From the IMG/VR virus record IMGVR_UViG_3300046170_000302: a stretch of 64,000 nucleotides of DNA, one strand, 5' to 3'. Position 1 is the stretch's first letter; each line of letters begins with the position of its first letter. The notes under the pieces were generated by a model. That model worked only from the letters and a program-made list of their open reading frames with translations, had not been told where the DNA came from and made no database searches. Positions 1 through 6,947 of the stretch are shown here, in pieces. This DNA is from a virus (lineage: Duplodnaviria; Caudoviricetes). The translations under genes were made by a program, and so were the position numbers.

Positions 1-1
1 G

Positions 2-247
2 ACAGAAACTTCAAACTTTACCAGTTATTCGACAGACGGATTTACATATACACAACAAGAAAAACTTGTTGAAATTGCAGAGAGATTGTCATCACAAAAT
101 GTGAGAGTGATTATATCAAATCATGATACAGATGTTAGTCGTGAGTTGTATAAGAATGCCAAGATTCATACAATTGAAGTGAGAAGAAATATATCTGCAA
201 AAGGAACGTCAAGAAACAAAGTTAAGGAACTGATTGCGGTCTATTAA
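2..247 (+). CDS. dam: DNA adenine methyltransferase (Dam family), C-terminal part; gene begins before the window
   Basis: Frame 2 reads TETSNFTSYSTDGFTYTQQEKLVEIAERLSSQNVRVIISNHDTDVSRELYKNAKIHTIEVRRNISAKGTSRNKVKELIAVY*, matching the C-terminus of E. coli-type Dam (NFT.Y...F...Q..L, ISNHDT, VRR.IS, KV.EL.A.Y). Confidence 0.85.
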   Translation, partial: TETSNFTSYSTDGFTYTQQEKLVEIAERLSSQNVRVIISNHDTDVSRELYKNAKIHTIEVRRNISAKGTSRNKVKELIAVY

Positions 248-296
248 TATTACTCACCTCTAAATTGCTCCACTACTGTAAGACACTTCAACCACT

Positions 297-1190
297 ATGG
301 CAAACACACATCTCCCACATCCAGAAGATACCATCCTCACGGGTGATCTGAGAGCATTCAGAGATCTTTATGGACCCGGACATGTGTCCCTTAAGATTGA
401 CGGTGCTCCCCTCTATTGTGTGGGGTAAACATCCAGAAACTGGTCGGTTCTTTGTGTGTACCTAAAGCGGCATTCAACAAGAAAAAGAATCGTATCTGTT
501 ACAACAACGAGGATGTTCATACTCACTTCGGTCATCAGCAAGATGTAGCAGACATGCTATTCTTGATGTTGAAGTATATTCCCCGTGACATCTTCACTGG
601 TGTTTATCAGGGTGACTTCATGGGTTTCGGTCGTACCGATGCTTTCATGAACAACACTCTAACTTATGTGTTTCCTGAAGTTATTCAACAAAAACTTGTC
701 ATCGCACCTCACACAATCTATGATGTAGTTGGTAAGTTGTCTGACGCAGTTGCTGAACCTCTTCGTGAGGTATTTGCTGACACTCCACACATCAAGTGGG
801 TTCAACCTTCTGTCGATTTCATTCATCAGAATGTCAAACCTCCTGTGTTCGATCTCAGTAAGGTTCAGTTTATGTCTGACAAAGAGTCATTCGTAGCTCA
901 ACAACAGGTCAACGCTCTTATCAAGTCAGGTCAAACACCCTGAAGATTGTGATCTTAACTGGATTCTAGGTGACAACTTCCTCACCAATCTGTATCAGTT
1001 GTTGATTGACATCAAAGAAGATCTCATGAAGTCTATGATTGTTCATGACTCTCCTAAGTGTTATCTTCCTGATGGTACTGAGGTTGTGGGTGAGGGTTTC
1101 GTATTCTATTCTGAGTCTGGTCGTTCCTACAAACTCGTTGATCGTCCTGTGTTCGCATATACTAACTTCACCACTGGTAAGTTCAACTAA
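297..1190 (+). CDS. Conserved cyanophage early protein (~297 aa) with ligase/nucleotidyltransferase-like motifs; three apparent 1-nt indels
   Basis: Reconstructed by joining MANTHLPHPEDTILTGDL...LKIDGAP (297-), ORF 416-943 and ORF 999-1190 (..EGFVF..YKLVDRPVFAYTNF). Shifts near 409, 463 and 940. Confidence 0.7.
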
Positions 1191-1252
1191 CTAGAAGGGG
1201 TGATAATATTACTCACCCCCTAAATTGCTCCATCTATGTAAGGTTACACACC

Positions 1253-1462
1253 ATGGATCCAATCACAATTTCAAGATCACACTATGACACTATTGTTGAG
1301 AGTGTAGAGGAAGTTCTCAAAGTTCTCAACAAAGTGAACTATGATTGTGATTCTTTAGATCCCAAAAACGTTTGTTACACAGCACCATATGCTGTTGGAT
1401 ATTCACAAGGTGTAGTATCCCAAATTCTCTCTAACCTCAAAACAATCAAGGAGAACAACTAA
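1253..1462 (+). CDS. Hypothetical early protein
   Basis: ORF starts 11 nt after motif copy 2. Confidence 0.7.
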   Translation: MDPITISRSHYDTIVESVEEVLKVLNKVNYDCDSLDPKNVCYTAPYAVGYSQGVVSQILSNLKTIKENN

Positions 1463-1638
1463 TGAATTCCACCATGGAAAATGTGATCGATGTGATGGGT
1501 GAAACCTATTTCAGTAGGTTCATGGACTTTGTAGATAATGAGGATTTAGAAACATCAAAGGCACTCATGGATGAGTGGATTGTTGATGGTCAAGATCCTC
1601 AAGATGGTGGAGTCGAGTTCATCTGGTTAGAAGAATGA
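1462..1638 (+). CDS. Hypothetical acidic protein (58 aa)
   Basis: MNSTMENVIDVMGETYFSRFMDFVDNEDLETSKALMDEWIVDGQDPQDGGVEFIWLEE*; start overlaps the upstream stop (TAATG), with GGAG upstream. Confidence 0.65.
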   Translation: MNSTMENVIDVMGETYFSRFMDFVDNEDLETSKALMDEWIVDGQDPQDGGVEFIWLEE

Positions 1639-2174
1639 TGAGGTTACTTCAAAAGATCACATCAAGTGCTATTGGTCTATCACTCCTTACAATTCCAGGT
1701 GTGAGTGCAAAGATGAACTCAAGTCATGATGAACTAAAAAGAGCTCTGAATGATGTAGGTGTTGAAGTTTTCTTGAATGAAACAAAGTTATGTAATGGTA
1801 GTAAATCTGGTATGTATTCTCCTGACTATGATGCAATTCTCATATGTCAGGATGATAGAATTGAAACATCAGATCAAGAGGTTGAATGGACAGAAAATGA
1901 TTATGATACTTTGAGACATGAATCACAACATGTTGTTCAGGATTGTATGGAAGGAATTGATAATAATAAGATGTCACTATTTTTTAGTGACGAAATAGAA
2001 TATCTGGAGTTTGTGATCATGGGTTTGACAAAATCAGAATTCTTTCAGATTGTCGAGGCATATCGACCACTTGGTGATGATGTTCTCTTGAATGAATTGG
2101 AGGCATTTGCTGTAGCTAAAGGTGTAAAACCTGACACTATTGCTAAAGCTATTCGTGGTATATGTAGGAATTAA
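1635..2174 (+). CDS. Putative exported zinc metallopeptidase (zincin HExxH)
   Basis: N-terminal signal-like segment (MRLLQKITSSAIGLSLLTIPGVSA), TLRHESQHVVQDC motif and a downstream ELEAF glutamate. Confidence 0.6.
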   Translation: MMRLLQKITSSAIGLSLLTIPGVSAKMNSSHDELKRALNDVGVEVFLNETKLCNGSKSGMYSPDYDAILICQDDRIETSDQEVEWTENDYDTLRHESQHVVQDCMEGIDNNKMSLFFSDEIEYLEFVIMGLTKSEFFQIVEAYRPLGDDVLLNELEAFAVAKGVKPDTIAKAIRGICRN

Positions 2175-2228
2175 AGTTACTCACCACTAAATTGCTCCAG
2201 TAGTGTAACCACACACCAAACACACATC

Positions 2229-2712
2229 ATGGGAACTAGAGGCAGAATCGGAATCAAACTCATCGATGGTTCTATTCTTTCGGCATATCACCACTGGGAT
2301 TCATATCCTCAGTGGTTGGGTGTTAAACTCGTCAAGAACTTTAATTCACAAGAACTAGCATCTGATCTGATTGATGGAGGTGACATGTCCGCATGTTATT
2401 CTACTCACACTTGGGGTTCAGAACCTCTCAGACAGGAAGTGATTCAACCTGACGGATCTGTCACCAAAGAGTTGGTTCATGAACAAAGATGGTGAGACTG
2501 TTTACACTAAAGTCAAGGCAGAAGCATCACCTCAGTATTACTCAGAACGGGGTGAGAACACTCCTCCACGTTTAGATAAGGATCTCTTTGAGTTCCTCGA
2601 TAAAGGTGAAGAATACGCATATATCTGGGAAGAAGGTTTCTGGACTTGTTATGATCTTCATCAGTTTGATGATCAAGAACCTGAAATCGTAGAAATCCCT
2701 CAAGTTCTCTGA
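2229..2712 (+). CDS. Conserved phage hypothetical protein (Y.HWD.YP..LG..L family); one indel near 2478
   Basis: ORFs 2229-2495 and 2479-2712 join on removing one base; follows motif copy 3. Confidence 0.7.
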
Positions 2713-2766
2713 TAGATTGTTACTCACCTCTAAATTGCCCCACTTACATAACCACACATTCAAACT

Positions 2767-2949
2767 ATGATTAACTACCTCGTCAAATGTCCATCCGATC
2801 CTTATGAGAATACCGATTGTTTCGGTGATCTTGATAGGGCATGGGATCTCTGTTACAACCTCTCTGAAGAGTATGGATACGCAGAGGTTGGATATTACAA
2901 TGTCAAAGGACATTATCAACTCGTAGGTGACTACACTAACGGTCGTTAA
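2767..2949 (+). CDS. Hypothetical early protein
   Basis: ATG 15 nt after motif copy 4. Confidence 0.7.
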   Translation: MINYLVKCPSDPYENTDCFGDLDRAWDLCYNLSEEYGYAEVGYYNVKGHYQLVGDYTNGR

Positions 2950-2950
2950 T

Positions 2951-3151
2951 ATGAACTACACTAAAGAACAACTTGTGGATGCACTTGTTCATGAGTGGGA
3001 ATATCTCTGTCATGACGATTATGATCCACAAGATCCAACACCAGAACAATATCGCAAAGAGATGGAAGAACTCACAATTGAACAATTGATTGAAGAGACT
3101 GACACAGGTGAGGGATTTACATTAGAAGATTTCATGGATGTTCACAGTTAA
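2951..3151 (+). CDS. Hypothetical acidic protein
   Basis: MNYTKEQLVDALVHEWEYLCHDD...; ATG directly after the previous stop; its stop abuts motif copy 5. Confidence 0.7.
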   Translation: MNYTKEQLVDALVHEWEYLCHDDYDPQDPTPEQYRKEMEELTIEQLIEETDTGEGFTLEDFMDVHS

Positions 3152-3203
3152 TAAAGTTACTCACCTCTAAACTGCCCCACTATTGTAATCACTCATTCAA
3201 CTT

Positions 3204-3556
3204 ATGACCTTCACAGCACCTCAATACAAAACCGAATATCTCACCGAATGTCTCATCGAACAGGTTAATGATCGTTGGAAGGTTAACTCAATCGAGTCCG
3301 GTCGTTCTTTCTATTCTCGTCTGTCTTATAAGGTAGCTAAGAAATACATCAAAGTTCTTCAAGGTCGTGTTAACTCCGATGGTTCATATGAGACTGAGGG
3401 TGTATTCATGTTCATCGACAAAGAGACTGAAGCATGTTACAAACCCGCATCATATAAGGCACCTGCTAAGGGTATCCGGTTCTTTCTTGAGTCTCTAGTT
3501 GATAGGATAGTCCCGATCTGGTAGATCCTTATGGTAGTTTTCTTTACGTTCGTTGA
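3204..3556 (+). CDS. Conserved phage hypothetical protein (KKYIKV..FIDK....YKPAS..APAKG.RF..DPYGSFLY); indel near 3515
   Basis: ORF 3204-3524 continues in another frame as DLVDPYGSFLYVR* to 3556; follows motif copy 5. Confidence 0.65.
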
Positions 3557-3620
3557 ACTTATGGGGTGAGATTGTTACTCACCTCTAAAGTGCATCATCT
3601 ATGTAATTCTGTTTTATCTC

Positions 3621-3818
3621 ATGACATTTCTCAACTGGGTTCAAGAAGCAATTGGATGTAAAGTAGAGGACGAAAGAACCGGTATGATTCATACTATTAC
3701 CGGTGGTAAGTTCCTCGCTGATTCACCTCTTTGGCCCATGATTGAACTCACCGATGATACTGGTGTTGTCAGATTCGCAACTCTTGATAGATTTGAGGAA
3801 ATGATTTCAGTGGGATAA
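3621..3818 (+). CDS. Hypothetical early protein
   Basis: ATG 14 nt after motif copy 6. Confidence 0.7.
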   Translation: MTFLNWVQEAIGCKVEDERTGMIHTITGGKFLADSPLWPMIELTDDTGVVRFATLDRFEEMISVG

Positions 3819-3984
3819 CATTCCCCACTTTTTCCATAATTTCGTCTGAGATGACCTATGACACCCTCACCCCAATGAAACCACCTAGAAATCGATTTAT
3901 GACACCTTACAGAGGATGTATGATTAATATTGTTACTCACCTCTAAAACGCTCCATTACTGTAAATCACTTTTCTTTTCTAATC

Positions 3985-4125
3985 ATGTTTGAATACGAAG
4001 TTACTCTCTCCAAAGGTGGTCGTCACATTCACATCACCGTCTTCGCAGAATCCACACAACGAGCTTACAAACAGGCTGAACGGTTGTATCCTGGAACACG
4101 TGCACTTAACGCTAGTCAGGTTTGA
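3985..4125 (+). CDS. Hypothetical protein (46 aa)
   Basis: MFEYEVTLSKGGRHIHITVFAESTQRAYKQAERLYPGTRALNASQV*, 20 nt after motif copy 7. Confidence 0.65.
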   Translation: MFEYEVTLSKGGRHIHITVFAESTQRAYKQAERLYPGTRALNASQV

Positions 4126-4403
4126 TGAACCATCACATTTATCACCTTCGTGAGGCTGAATTACCAGCCTCACTTTTTTATCAGTTAGCACCATTCATCT
4201 CTGCATATCGTCCACATGATAAGCCTCCGACCAAGAAAGATATGGATCAAGATGATTACATACCAAAGGAATCGCCTTTATCTAAAGAGAACATCATTGA
4301 CACATATAAAGCGCTTAAGTATTCACAAGACCTTGAATGGTTAAAGTTAAAGAGAGAGTATAATAAGAAGTGGAGTGGATATCGAACATATTACAATCTA
4401 TGA
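4122..4403 (+). CDS. Hypothetical protein
   Basis: ORF overlaps the upstream stop; ends just before motif copy 8. Confidence 0.55.
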   Translation: MMNHHIYHLREAELPASLFYQLAPFISAYRPHDKPPTKKDMDQDDYIPKESPLSKENIIDTYKALKYSQDLEWLKLKREYNKKWSGYRTYYNL

Positions 4404-4459
4404 GTATTAAAGTTACTCACCACTAAATTGCCCCATTGATGTAACCACTGATTTCAACC

Positions 4460-4722
4460 ATGACTAACACAACTTTCCAAACCACAATCGAAGACACCAC
4501 GTATAATGGATGGACAAATTATGAGACCTGGAATGTAGCACTCTGGATTGGTAATGATCGAAGATTTATATACCGAAGCACGTCGTCTTCGTCATCGTGG
4601 ATATAATGATCTAGTTGAACTTATCCTTGATTGTGGATCTAAAGAAACACCCGATGGAGTAAAGTGGGAATGATGTTAATCTTAATGTTATTGAACTTGA
4701 TGAAATGATGGAGGAACTTTGA
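4460..4722 (+). CDS. Conserved phage protein of the YNGWTNYETWNVALWI.ND family; two apparent indels
   Basis: MTNTTFQTTIEDTTYNGWTNYETWNVALWIGND/EDLYTEARRL...ETPDGVKW/NDVNLNVIELDEMMEEL*; ATG 15 nt after motif copy 8. Confidence 0.7.
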
Positions 4723-4724
4723 TC

Positions 4725-4896
4725 ATGTCACTAATCAAAACACACCTTGAAATGTTATCACAAAGAGAAACACTAATGGAGGACATTGAACTCTATTATC
4801 GAATCAAACTTTGGAGATAAAATTAATGAAGATGATATGGAAGATTTAATTCGCGTCCTATGTGATGCAGTCTGTAAGAACTTCCCCACTAACTAA
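4725..4896 (+). CDS. Hypothetical protein (~56 aa); one indel
   Basis: MSLIKTHLEMLSQRETLMEDIE/SIIESNFGDKINEDDMEDLIRVLCDAVCKNFPTN* after removing one base near 4790. Confidence 0.5.
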
Positions 4897-4906
4897 CACA
4901 AACTCA

Positions 4907-5084
4907 TGACTGACTTTCCAATCTACAAGAAACAACTCCCACAAATCTGGATGGAGGATGATAAGTTTATTATTCGAATCATCATCATTCCGATATGTAA
5001 TAGAAGACGACTTAAAACTATTGTTTAAGTTATGTCGTCGTTTTAAATCTCAAGCAATTAAACAAACATACAATCATGAGTAAC
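4907..5084 (+). CDS. Hypothetical protein (~58 aa); one indel
   Basis: MTDFPIYKKQLPQIWMEDDKFII/ESSSFRYVIEDDLKLLFKLCRRFKSQAIKQTYNHE* after removing one base near 4975. Confidence 0.5.
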
Positions 5085-5270
5085 ATTCACATCAATCAAC
5101 ACTATGTTAAGTTCAATACAAAAGAACTAAAAAGGTTAATTGAAATCATTACAATTAATAAGGAAGAAGATATGTTAGTAGTAAAGGATAGGATAGAACA
5201 AGTATTAGGTATGAAGGAAGATCCAATCGATAAGTTTCATAAAACAATAAGGTATTATGACAAGAAGTGA
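5076..5270 (+). CDS. Hypothetical protein
   Basis: ORF overlapping neighbours at both ends. Confidence 0.6.
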   Translation: MSNIHINQHYVKFNTKELKRLIEIITINKEEDMLVVKDRIEQVLGMKEDPIDKFHKTIRYYDKK

Positions 5271-5394
5271 TTACATTACAGTAGAGACTTGGAATACTAA
5301 GTTACAGAAGGTAGAGTATCATTATGTCCATAAAAGTATCAAGAATCCGAAACAATATGTCCTAAGTTTATACCCAGAAGAACGTCTATTGTAG
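5257..5394 (+). CDS. Hypothetical protein (45 aa)
   Basis: MTRSDYITVETWNTKLQKVEYHYVHKSIKNPKQYVLSLYPEERLL*; overlaps the upstream ORF, preceded by AAGG. Confidence 0.55.
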   Translation: MTRSDYITVETWNTKLQKVEYHYVHKSIKNPKQYVLSLYPEERLL

Positions 5395-5760
5395 TCACTT
5401 AGTAACCCCAGATATACCGAGTAGTGTCTATACAGTAACCACGGAGTAACTGTCACTATTCGGTAACAATTTATACCAAATATCATTAAAAAACATTAAT
5501 AAAGGTTTATTTAAATGTATTAGTGCGTTTTTACTAGTTCAAATAAGGTCTTAGAAAAGTGTTATAAATACCCGATTTTATGGTCTCAGTTATTGTTATC
5601 TAAGGCCGTAACCTACCGATTGTCAAGCACACAACGCCCAGAAATCTCACTGGCACAAAATATTACACAGAACCCCTATTTTCGAATATAATAAAGATAT
5701 AAACACAGAAAACATTTGAGAGTTATTGTTACTCACCTCTGAAGTGCCCCTATAGTGTAA

Positions 5761-5875
5761 GGGGTTGATTCCTTCCCTCTCATTGTTTCTCCCTTCGGGA
5801 CTTCTCTGAGAGTGTTGACTATCTCCCCAGAGGCATGACACACAAGTCAGTAAGGACACCTCTCCCAAATCCTTA
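5761..5875 (+). ncRNA. Candidate small structured RNA between motif copies 9 and 10
   Basis: The only motif copy with no ATG 11-20 nt downstream. Relatively GC-rich, with stems CTCTCA/TGAGAG, GAGAGTGT/ACACCTCTC, TGACT/AGTCA and TCCC-TTC-GGGA. Confidence 0.35.
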
Positions 5876-5931
5876 AGAGTTATTGTTACTCACCACCAAA
5901 CTGCACCATTGATATGAACAACACTTCAACC

Positions 5932-6087
5932 ATGACCTTCTCACAAGTCCTCGATCAAGTCCCTACATTCTACGAAGAGATGGAGGGAGACCTTGAAATG
6001 GTAATCGACTTCGTTGAGAGTCAGTTAGGTAGAGATGTAACAGATACAGAGATCGACCAAATTGACACTGTTATGGAGACAGTTTGA
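5932..6087 (+). CDS. Hypothetical acidic protein (51 aa)
   Basis: MTFSQVLDQVPTFYEEMEGDLEMVIDFVESQLGRDVTDTEIDQIDTVMETV*, 14 nt after motif copy 10. Confidence 0.65.
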   Translation: MTFSQVLDQVPTFYEEMEGDLEMVIDFVESQLGRDVTDTEIDQIDTVMETV

Positions 6088-6283
6088 TGACACTTACAGA
6101 ACGTAACAACATCCTCCATGATTTACGTGAGAGAATGATATATCACAGACGACAGGAAGAGTTCTACAGAGAGAGGATTCAATGGACTAATCAACAGTAT
6201 AAGAGACAAGAGATAGACAGACCTTATATGATGAGCTCTTCGAATCATACGGTGAGCCAGATGAATCGACAGGGTGGAACTAA
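6087..6283 (+). CDS. Hypothetical protein; probable indel near 6220
   Basis: MTLTERNNILHDLRERMIYHRRQEEF... continuing in another frame as ..LYDELFESYGEPDESTGWN*, whose TAA overlaps the next ATG. Confidence 0.45.
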
Positions 6284-6396
6284 TGAGTACTTTATTACTA
6301 TTTCTCTTCATCGGTTATGTGTGTTGGACTAACATGAAGGTCCGAGCATTCATCAGTAACAAACTACTCAAACTCTCCAACTTCTTCGCACCATGA
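6283..6396 (+). CDS. Small membrane peptide (37 aa)
   Basis: MSTLLLFLFIGYVCWTNMKVRAFISNKLLKLSNFFAP*; TAATG and ATGA couplings to neighbours. Confidence 0.5.
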   Translation: MSTLLLFLFIGYVCWTNMKVRAFISNKLLKLSNFFAP

Positions 6397-6539
6397 GAAT
6401 CATTCTACTAGGTTTCTTCACTCTCATGGGTGTTAACATGTTCATTACAGTTATGAACTCAGACATGGCAAATAAGATGGAAGAGAGGAACGCAGCAATC
6501 GAACGGTTGATGTCACCACCCTCCACAGAGATACGGTAA
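6393..6539 (+). CDS. Small membrane-anchored protein (48 aa)
   Basis: MRIILLGFFTLMGVNMFITVMNSDMANKMEERNAAIERLMSPPSTEIR*; ATGA overlap with the previous ORF. Confidence 0.55.
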   Translation: MRIILLGFFTLMGVNMFITVMNSDMANKMEERNAAIERLMSPPSTEIR

Positions 6540-6630
6540 TAATATACACGACCATACGTGAGGTCGATAAACTCAGACGAGGCAATAGCATGGTGGTTCG
6601 TGTTATTGTGGCACAGTGAAGTGGTAAACG

Positions 6631-6680
6631 AACTCTGAGATGTGTGGGGGTGGTTCCTTACACATATCCTCAGAGTTTTT
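6631..6680 (+). terminator. Long hairpin followed by a T-run; probable terminator of the early array
   Basis: AACTCTGAG/CTCAGAGTT, ATGTGT/ACACAT and GGGGG/TCCTT pairings with loop TGGT, followed by TTT. Confidence 0.55.
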
Positions 6681-6759
6681 CTCTGCAAAGTAATACTTAG
6701 TGACACAGTGGACAGGTACACATAGTGGAACAGACTGTATAGGCAAAATGACTGTTATA

Positions 6760-6768
6760 TGGTAAAAT
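6760..6768 (+). promoter_or_regulatory. Extended -10 promoter element, possibly driving the tRNA
   Basis: TGGTAAAAT fits TGnTAnnnT; the -35 is weak (TAGGCA). Confidence 0.35.
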
Positions 6769-6947
6769 GTATTATGGTTGATGTTATGTTATGGCGTAAG
6801 AACGAAGGGGGGGGGGTATGAATATTTTCGAACTTTCCTAACCTACAAAGGTGACAAAGAGCGAGAGAAATATCACCGTATATTATTTTCGAAATCTATG
6901 CCGAGCCCTCAGAAAAAATTCCTCCCATAAAAAATACCCCCCTATAA

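Larger units (their letters stand above)
250..5917 (+). repeat. Ten dispersed direct copies of a 32-bp motif TTACTCACCWCTAAANTGCNCCA-N4-TRTAA; putative early promoter/regulatory cassette
   Basis: Copies at 250-281, 1209-1241, 2177-2208, 2720-2751, 3157-3188, 3575-3606, 3933-3964, 4413-4444, 5729-5760 and 5886-5917. All are intergenic and on the same strand; nine are followed 11-20 nt later by an ATG. Confidence 0.92.

Noticed and set aside
3850-3946. Possible 31-aa ORF MTYDTLTPMKPPRNRFMTPYRGCMINIVTHL
   Set aside because: Runs into motif copy 7, lacks an RBS and has no recognisable features.
5402-5433. NtcA box (GTA-N8-TAC)
   Set aside because: Nearest matches are GTA-N8-TAT and GTA-N7-TAC, with no correctly spaced -10.
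5808-5867. tRNA-like reading of the ORF-less cassette (ends ...CCTCTCCCA)
   Set aside because: No TTC-containing T-loop, D-loop GG or 7-nt anticodon loop at tRNA spacing; kept only as a generic sRNA candidate.
5836-5877. 13-aa ORF MTHKSVRTPLPNP as the product of motif copy 9
   Set aside because: It is 75 nt from the motif versus 11-20 nt for all other copies, very short, and lies within the predicted stem; not excluded but unsupported.
250-5917. CRISPR array interpretation of the 32-bp repeats
   Set aside because: Intervals are 125-1285 nt, variable and mostly protein-coding, the repeats are degenerate, and there are no cas genes.
6612-6710. CACAGTG heptamers identical to V(D)J/Transib signal heptamers
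   Set aside because: No nonamer at 12/23 spacing and no transposase; a 7-mer match is expected by chance or reflects the GTGNCAC motif.
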